From Candidatus Poribacteria bacterium (lineage in GTDB: Bacteria > Poribacteria > WGA-4E > PCPOR2b), in contig OZ244587.1 of NCBI GenBank assembly GCA_965218095.1, forward strand, positions 4,608,001 through 4,672,000: a stretch of DNA of 64,000 nucleotides, given 5' to 3'. Below, one piece after another: positions 57,711 through 64,000 of the stretch. Below the pieces are notes generated by a model. That model saw nothing but the letters and a program-made list of their open reading frames with translations. It searched no databases and was not told the DNA's origin. Numbering within the stretch: the stretch's first letter is position 1; the number at the start of each line of letters is the position of its first letter. Made by a program: the position numbers and the translations under genes.

Positions 57711-57736
57711 AAAAAACGAAAAAGGAGGAAATCAAA

Positions 57737-58567
57737 ATGAAAGGCATTATCACGAGATTCCTTTTCGTCTCTGTCAGTATCATTGTCGTGAGTCTTTGGT
57801 CTCCACTCCGGGGTTCTGCCGAAATTGACCTCAAAAACGTTGTGGGAATCTGGACCTTTGATGAGGGCACAGGTGACCTGGCCAAGGACATCTCTTTGAA
57901 AAGGAATCATGGAAAGCTTATTGCCCCAAAGAGAAATGATCCTCCAAAATGGGTCAAAGGAAAGTTTAGTCAGGCGTTGGAATTTGACGGGCAACCGTAT
58001 TTTGGGAATTATGTTGACATGGGGGATCCAGCGGACGGCTCTCTCGATTTTGGGAAAAACGATTTTTCCGTCACTTGGTGGTTCAAAACGACAGCGCTGG
58101 GCAAGTATATGGTTTCCAAAAAAGCTGCTGGTCACTTTGATGCAGGTTTTCATGCCAATCTGGATGGCCCAAGGGGGAATCTTCGTATCCTTCTGGCAGA
58201 TGGGAAGATAGATGCCAGCGTGGATGGGGAAACAGGGAACCTCCATAACGACAAATGGCATCATGGCGCTTTTGTGAGATCTGGAGATAAGTTACAGGTG
58301 TACGTGGATGGGAGGGCAAATAACTCGACGGCCGGCGTCGTAAACCTTGACATTAGCAGCACGACGAATTTTTATGCCGGTCGAGAGAACAATGGAAACA
58401 AGAGATACCCCGGCCTCCTCGACGACCTTGCCGCCTTTTCTGTTGCCTTAACGGAAGATGAGATTAAAGAGATCATGAACGAGGGGCTAAGAGAGGTAGT
58501 TCCGACTGCTGCCGTTTCCCCCAAAGGGAAACTTGCCACTGCTTGGGGCGCCATCAAAGCCCGATAA
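57737..58567 (+). CDS. Exported LamG (Laminin_G_3-like) protein with C-terminal WG-K motif
   Basis: VGIWTFDEG.G..AKD.S, WV.GKF..AL.FDG, KWHH.AFV, YVDG, G.LDDLA.F..AL..DEI..IM; ends AVSPKGKLATAWGAIKAR. Confidence 0.92.
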   Translation: MKGIITRFLFVSVSIIVVSLWSPLRGSAEIDLKNVVGIWTFDEGTGDLAKDISLKRNHGKLIAPKRNDPPKWVKGKFSQALEFDGQPYFGNYVDMGDPADGSLDFGKNDFSVTWWFKTTALGKYMVSKKAAGHFDAGFHANLDGPRGNLRILLADGKIDASVDGETGNLHNDKWHHGAFVRSGDKLQVYVDGRANNSTAGVVNLDISSTTNFYAGRENNGNKRYPGLLDDLAAFSVALTEDEIKEIMNEGLREVVPTAAVSPKGKLATAWGAIKAR

Positions 58568-58796
58568 CAAATCCCAAAAAAGGCAGGGTATGCGTAATAA
58601 ATCGTGGGCTTTTGAAGTTTTGGCATGAAAATTCAATTCAAAGAATTTTCTAACTGATCACGACTTGATAGGGATGAGCAAAGGGTTGGCTAAAATGTGC
58701 ATGGTGTAAAAGAGGAACCCATGAAACGCTACAACAATCCACTGCTTATAGCATTTGCGCTATGAGGGGCAGCCCTAACATAAAAAGGAGTTTCTT

Positions 58797-59627
58797 ATGA
58801 TGTTGCGTGTTGTCTGGATTATGTGCTTGGTTTTTATTGTCGTTTTCCCCCCACTTGTGCGTGGACAGGGGCAAGGCTTCCAATTGATGGAAGATGTTGT
58901 CTATCTGAAGAACGGGGGCATTGTCCGCGGTATGATCTACGAGCAGGTTCTGGGGGAATCGCTGAAGATACATACACAGGATGGCAGTGTGTTTGTCTTT
59001 GAAATAGAGGAAATTAGCAGAATCACGAAGGAACCCCCCGTGGTAAACAGATCTGCCCAAGCACCTCGCATGGAAGATGTTGTCTATCTGAAGAACGGGG
59101 GCATTGTCCGCGGTATGATCTACGAGCAGGTTCCGTGGGAATCGCTGAAGATACATACACAGGATGGCAGTGTGTTTGTCTTTGAAATGGGGGAGATTAG
59201 CAGAATCACGAAGGAACCCCCCGTGCCATCGGCTGCCAATGTGTCCGTCTCTGAAATAGAGGGGATTAGCAGGATCACGAAACGACCTCGCCGTTTCGCG
59301 TTTGGACCGAAAAATCCTGGACTCGCTTTTGTCTTATCGTTGCTGATCACTGGAGGGGGACAGATCTATAATGAGCAGTATGAAAAGGCAGCTGCTCAAG
59401 CGGGACTTGCGATTTTCGGGGCTGTCCTTGTGCTTGAGGACAGTGGCGATAATGCTGATATTGGCGCAATCCTTTGGATTAGTGCGGTTTTGTGGTCGAT
59501 TATTGATGCGCCAATATCAGCGAACGAAATCAATCTTCAAAGTCAGTCTGCAAGCCGGATTGAGGTTAGAATCGATCCGATGGTCTCACGGGAGGGGGCG
59601 GGGGCTATGGTGGCCCTCCGTTGGTAA
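58797..59627 (+). CDS. Exported/membrane hypothetical protein with a duplicated DVVYLKNG domain
   Basis: Signal peptide, two near-identical ~52-aa repeats (183-bp period), then a KNP.LA..LS....G.GQ.YN hydrophobic domain. Confidence 0.8.
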   Translation: MMLRVVWIMCLVFIVVFPPLVRGQGQGFQLMEDVVYLKNGGIVRGMIYEQVLGESLKIHTQDGSVFVFEIEEISRITKEPPVVNRSAQAPRMEDVVYLKNGGIVRGMIYEQVPWESLKIHTQDGSVFVFEMGEISRITKEPPVPSAANVSVSEIEGISRITKRPRRFAFGPKNPGLAFVLSLLITGGGQIYNEQYEKAAAQAGLAIFGAVLVLEDSGDNADIGAILWISAVLWSIIDAPISANEINLQSQSASRIEVRIDPMVSREGAGAMVALRW

Positions 59628-59630
59628 AAC

Positions 59631-60980
59631 ATGAGAAATCAGAGGAGAGAAATCAGACCGTTGCCATCGTTCCGGGTTCGGTATCATGTGCGGCGGACGA
59701 TGCGTCGACGACAAAATCGCTGGGCGTTGGCGATCACCCTTGTTTTGCATCTGATTGCGTTGTTTTTTCTGATACAACTGATCCCGCAGAAAATGGTGGA
59801 GCCAAATGTCATTCATGTGGATTTTGTAGAGATACCAGAGCCGAAGCGGACATTCATTAAGCCACGAAAAATCGAAGAGGCAGCGCCCGCCCGCACCCTG
59901 TCCGTATTCCGACAGGCAAGCACGACGGTAGCTGTGCAGTCGGTGCAACCCGAAATCCTAGAGCCCCCACCGTTAGGGACCTTGGCGCGATTGCCAGAGG
60001 CAGATAGCGGTCTGACTCGCGGGGATATGCAAACGGGAGTTCAACCCGCAGGCGGGCAGACGGGGCGCGGTGCGTTGGCGACAGGTGAATCTATCCGTCC
60101 CGCCGGCAGGGGGAGCGCCTTCGATGCGTTTCGGCTGGGCGGGCACGGGACAGACGAATCGACGCCGACGACTGCGGAACACGATTTATCGCCTCGTGTT
60201 GATGCAGATCGATTAGGGGCTGTGCTTGAAGGGACGGCTCAAGAACCGAGTGGACACATTCGGATTGTTCGACTGAAACACTCGCTTTCCGATTGGTGGC
60301 AGGATCCGAGCGCGATCCCTTCTTTTGCCCAGTGGCTAGAGGAAAATACCCATCTCCGCGTCGATATGAAGTTTGCGGGCGGTAGCTTGAAGCTGACCGA
60401 TCCGCGCATCCAAAGCGCGCCTCTGGTGATCATGACTGGGCACGATAAGGACACAGTGACTAGCCATAATCTCGGCACGCCGAACCGCGAAAAGGCAACC
60501 TTGGCGTCGGGTTTTTCTTCCGCAGAGCGGGCGGCATTGCGGAAGTATATCATCGAATCGAGGGGGATGCTATTTTTCGATGATTGTGGGTTTAACGGAT
60601 TGTTTGCGGCGATTGTCGCCAATGAGCTACGCTTGACGTTCCCAGAGTATGGACTGAGCCCCATCCCGTGGAATCATGAGATCTACCAAATCTATTATGA
60701 CCTGCCGCGCCCACCGACGGGCGGTGATGTCTTTTGGGCGTCTGAGAATAAGGCGCAACCCTCAAAGTTCAAACACCAGCGGGGGATCACGATTGGTCGG
60801 CGGCTCGCAGTGGTCTATAACCGAAAAGATTACATGTGCGCGATGGAGACTGTCGAGATTTCGAGCCGGACCATGTTGAGAATGCGGCGGTCGACAGATG
60901 TTCATCGCTTTATGACCAATTTACTCATTTACACCATGAAGTACGGTGGAAACACCGACCGCACTGGGTATCAGCGGTAG
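59631..60980 (+). CDS. DUF4159-domain protein with N-terminal TM anchor and Pro-rich linker
   Basis: TLVLH TM helix; HSLSDWW.D.S, PL.IMTGHD, DDCG, DYMCAME, RFMTN are shared with 49009-50496. Confidence 0.8.
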   Translation: MRNQRREIRPLPSFRVRYHVRRTMRRRQNRWALAITLVLHLIALFFLIQLIPQKMVEPNVIHVDFVEIPEPKRTFIKPRKIEEAAPARTLSVFRQASTTVAVQSVQPEILEPPPLGTLARLPEADSGLTRGDMQTGVQPAGGQTGRGALATGESIRPAGRGSAFDAFRLGGHGTDESTPTTAEHDLSPRVDADRLGAVLEGTAQEPSGHIRIVRLKHSLSDWWQDPSAIPSFAQWLEENTHLRVDMKFAGGSLKLTDPRIQSAPLVIMTGHDKDTVTSHNLGTPNREKATLASGFSSAERAALRKYIIESRGMLFFDDCGFNGLFAAIVANELRLTFPEYGLSPIPWNHEIYQIYYDLPRPPTGGDVFWASENKAQPSKFKHQRGITIGRRLAVVYNRKDYMCAMETVEISSRTMLRMRRSTDVHRFMTNLLIYTMKYGGNTDRTGYQR

Positions 60981-60988
60981 GAGGTTTT

Positions 60989-61375
60989 ATGATGTTACGA
61001 TTAAGCATAGGGTTCATCTTATGTCTTACCTTAGTGATCGGATGCGGTCCGAGCACTAAGGAGATTATGAACTCTTGGAAAGGGGCGCATGTGTCGAGGT
61101 TAATTAGGAGTTGGGGGCCACCTCAAGAAATAACGTCTGATGGCTTGGGTGGTCGAATTTACATTTGGCGAAGTGATGTTTACATTCCGATTACCAAAGG
61201 CACAACGAAAACGCGTGGCACTGTTACTTACAATCCGTATTCAAATCAGTTTCACACAAAGAGTAAGTCAACATATACACCGCCCGTCACTATTGAAGGT
61301 GAAAAGGTGCGGATGTTCTGGGTGAACTCACAGGGGATTATATATACTTGGAAAGCGAAAGGGTTTGTTTGGTAG
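60989..61375 (+). CDS. Small lipoprotein of unknown function
   Basis: GGAGG RBS, VIGC lipobox, MNSW.G.....LI..WGPP motif. Confidence 0.75.
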   Translation: MMLRLSIGFILCLTLVIGCGPSTKEIMNSWKGAHVSRLIRSWGPPQEITSDGLGGRIYIWRSDVYIPITKGTTKTRGTVTYNPYSNQFHTKSKSTYTPPVTIEGEKVRMFWVNSQGIIYTWKAKGFVW

Positions 61376-61398
61376 GTTGACAGTGAAAGGAGGTTTTT

Positions 61399-62262
61399 AT
61401 GATGCTGCGTTCCCGTATGTTTTCACTGTTGCTAGTGGGTTTGCTTCTCATCGGCTATGTGTTCGGATGCGGTGGCGATGATGTTGACGAGCCAAATAAT
61501 AAGAACCAAATTCCAACTATCACCATCGAGAAACTCCGTAGCGAGAAAACGGAAGAGAAAGACGTAAAATACTACAGGAATCGTATTGTACGGACCACAC
61601 GGGGTGTAGAAACGATCACGTGGCGGCTTAAAGCATACCCTGCTCCTAAAACCGATCTGGTGGTGAAGGTGGAGATAGGTGGCTCTCACTCCAAATGGGT
61701 ATTGATCCCTAAGTTGAAGAACAACTCAAAGGAGTTCACTGATATTGTAAGTTCCTCTCTAAATCTATCTGGTGTCGCAATTCTAATTTCCCCTGTACCC
61801 ATGGTCTACATTGTCGGCCAAGGTTTAGTGATTGACCTTAAGAGATTTCAACAGTCTATGCCCGATACTACACGCGAAGGCCACATAATCCCGGAGGACT
61901 TTGACTTCTCTCTTTATCAGATTGGAGAGAAGTCACACATCTTATGTGATCGCTGTGGTGTTATTGATAGGACCGAGGACATTATACTACCTAGGGTACC
62001 TAGGGCAACAAGGGTAACGGTAGATCCAGCCCCCGGCGGTGCGGCAATTCCATCGAATACCGAATTCAAACTCACGTTTGACCAGGGCGTCAAGAGCGCT
62101 ACTATTAATGGTGGACCCACTGTGGGATCGGGACTTAACTTTAGCGGGCCAGCGCCAGGCCTTGCAAGCGGCCAAACCGCAACCCTTAATATTGAGTGGG
62201 TAAACAGAGACGACTCCCCTGGGGCTGGGGCGGTTGGCCCTTATACTGTAATCAAAAAGTGA
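61399..62262 (+). CDS. Lipoprotein with a C-terminal Ig-like module shared with 14691-15440
   Basis: AGGAGG RBS, VFGC lipobox; the C-terminal DPAPGGAAIPSNTEFKLTFDQGVKSATINGGPTVGSGL is identical in both proteins. Confidence 0.8.
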   Translation: MMLRSRMFSLLLVGLLLIGYVFGCGGDDVDEPNNKNQIPTITIEKLRSEKTEEKDVKYYRNRIVRTTRGVETITWRLKAYPAPKTDLVVKVEIGGSHSKWVLIPKLKNNSKEFTDIVSSSLNLSGVAILISPVPMVYIVGQGLVIDLKRFQQSMPDTTREGHIIPEDFDFSLYQIGEKSHILCDRCGVIDRTEDIILPRVPRATRVTVDPAPGGAAIPSNTEFKLTFDQGVKSATINGGPTVGSGLNFSGPAPGLASGQTATLNIEWVNRDDSPGAGAVGPYTVIKK

Positions 62263-62966
62263 TACACTTTCACCCCTTGCCGCGATGCAGATTTGCTTCT
62301 TTGTAAGCCCCCCCTTCCCCCCCGCAAGCGGACACGCAAATCATAAGCAGAGCCCTGAGTTTGATGGGATTATATTCCATATTGGTTTGCCTCCATAAGT
62401 GCCCCAAAGTGCCGACGCTAATGTCGGCACTTTGTCGGTGCTTCCAAAATTACCTTTTTTCATCGTCGATTACACAATAGCGACGGGTTCGCCTGTTTTT
62501 CCGATCAAGAAGTATCGCATTTTCGACCAACTCCCGACATGCGGCGTTCACCTGTTTCGCCGATGACCACCTGATGCGCTTTGCAACTTCTCGCGCCGTT
62601 AAACACGGATGGATGGAGAGAAGGGGATATTTGAACAAAACATCTCCATATCCCCTTTATCCCCTTCTCTCCCTTGTTACACCTTGGGATTGTCATCGGT
62701 CTCAACGGCGCCGAGCCGCCTGTGCTGTGACTTTTGCCCACGCCCATTATTTTTCGCTAACAAAGGCAGGGGGGCTCCCCTGCCTTTGTTTTGAGTAATC
62801 TGAGGAGAGAAGTAGGGAGGGTGTAGAGGGCAAATTTCCTCAGAAACTCATCAACATTTCCGAATTTATCATTGACTGATTGGAAGATGGAAAACGGGTA
62901 AGATAACTCATTAACAGGCCCAAAACTGTTTAAAATGAGGAATCTTGCAGTTGGAAAGGAAAAGCT

Positions 62967-64000
62967 TTGGTCAAGACCCCACCTGAAAGAATCGCTCCCT
63001 TTGAAACCGAATATCTGGGTAAAATCGCAGGCTTGTTGGACGAAGAACCGAGGGGCTTAGCCCGCCCAATTGACGACCGGGAAGCTTGGCAAGTATTAGC
63101 CCGGTTGACGAACTTTCGGCGAGTGATTTCCGACGCCAAAAAATCACTGGACCAATCCCCGCTTGAGCTGACCGAGGGTATTTATCTGGACTTTATACGC
63201 GCTGGCGAGGCAAAGCTGTATACTTCCTACAGTACCCACACACGTTCGCGTTTCTGCAAATTTGTGTTGGCGGAGTGCCTTGAAAACCAGGGTCTGTTTT
63301 TACCCGACATTCACCAGATGATCCGGGTCCTGTGTGAGGAAAAAACTTGGGTTCATGCTTTTCACGATCCACGATTGACCAACTGGCACGGTGAAACAAC
63401 GCACATCGATCTGGACGCGGCGACCGTTGCCTGGAGCCTTGCCACGGCGCAATATTTCTTGGGAGATCGGCTTGAGACGGAGACTCAACAAATGATCCGG
63501 TGGGAGCTCAGGCATCGAATCTTTGATCCCTTCCTGAGAATGTTGGAGGGGGAATTAATTCTTCTAAACCAAACTCGCTCATGGTCATGGCTGGAGTTGA
63601 CGCATAACTGGAACGCGGTCTGTTTGGCTGGCGTAGTGGGGGCGGCTCTGACGATTATCAAGTCACGAGATGAACGCTCCATGTGCATTGCGGCTGCGGA
63701 AAGATACACTAGGAATTTTCTCTCAGGATTTCCTGAGGATGGTTCTTGCTCGGAGGGGATCGGCTACTGGAATTATGGTTTTGGCCACTTCCTCATGCTC
63801 AACGAAGCTATCTGGCAGGCCACGCGTGGCCGAATGGATCTGCTGGAGAACGAGCAGGTGAGACTGATTGCCCAATATGGGCCCCATTTGGAGATTATGC
63901 CCGGTGTGTATCCGGCCTTCGCCGATTGCGGGACCGGAACGTTCCCTGATACCAACGTAATGCGCTTTGTCAACCGACGGTACGGGATGGGTTTGGGGCA
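62967..64000 (+). CDS. Heparinase II/III-like protein, 5' part (runs off window end)
   Basis: My translation (not in the ORF track) from TTG 62967: DR.AW, LAECLEN.G.F, CEEKTW...H, IDL.AA, HNWNAVC, DG.C.EG.GYWNYGF, FAD; open to the window end. Confidence 0.8.
   Translation, partial: MVKTPPERIAPFETEYLGKIAGLLDEEPRGLARPIDDREAWQVLARLTNFRRVISDAKKSLDQSPLELTEGIYLDFIRAGEAKLYTSYSTHTRSRFCKFVLAECLENQGLFLPDIHQMIRVLCEEKTWVHAFHDPRLTNWHGETTHIDLDAATVAWSLATAQYFLGDRLETETQQMIRWELRHRIFDPFLRMLEGELILLNQTRSWSWLELTHNWNAVCLAGVVGAALTIIKSRDERSMCIAAAERYTRNFLSGFPEDGSCSEGIGYWNYGFGHFLMLNEAIWQATRGRMDLLENEQVRLIAQYGPHLEIMPGVYPAFADCGTGTFPDTNVMRFVNRRYGMGLG

Noticed and set aside
36318-58567. WG-K tail as a T9SS CTD, PEP-CTERM or LPXTG signal
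   Set aside because: It is too short for a ~70-aa T9SS CTD and lacks the TM helix plus basic tail of PEP-CTERM/LPXTG signals.
62450-62638. 62-aa possible helix-turn-helix ORF
   Set aside because: Short, weak TTG start, embedded in repeat-like sequence; it may be a remnant but the evidence is insufficient.

Overview
A 64-kb bacterial chromosomal window. It has no rRNA, tRNA, CRISPR array or reverse transcriptase that I can see. The gene repertoire (several PhyH dioxygenases, LamG-like proteins, FGE-sulfatase-fold lipoproteins, DUF4159 proteins, GH127-like proteins and a large OPT-like membrane protein) suggests Candidatus Poribacteria or a relative; this is inference and was not checked. Housekeeping genes (valS, truA, dprA) are intact, while about a dozen accessory genes are broken by nonsense codons, frameshifts, deletions or IS remnants (IS5, IS66, MITEs, REP-like palindromes, a relic type I R-M locus). 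The main points of interest are four. (1) Eight predicted exported proteins with at least two unrelated folds all end in the same short C-terminal motif (AV[ESD]Px[DGA]KL[TA]T[TA]WGx[VI]K), a candidate protein-sorting signal; a co-oriented DUF4159/PpiC/PpiC gene run lies nearby. (2) An 11-kb island holds tandem near-identical FGE/C-type-lectin-fold lipoproteins and LamG proteins whose differences concentrate in short patches. The FGE patches fall where DGR target proteins carry their variable region, and two of them are self-complementary hairpins. (3) One LamG transcript could close its 5' leader onto its 3' trailer through a 24-nt helix. (4) A 106-bp identical Ig-like module is shared by two different lipoproteins 47 kb apart.
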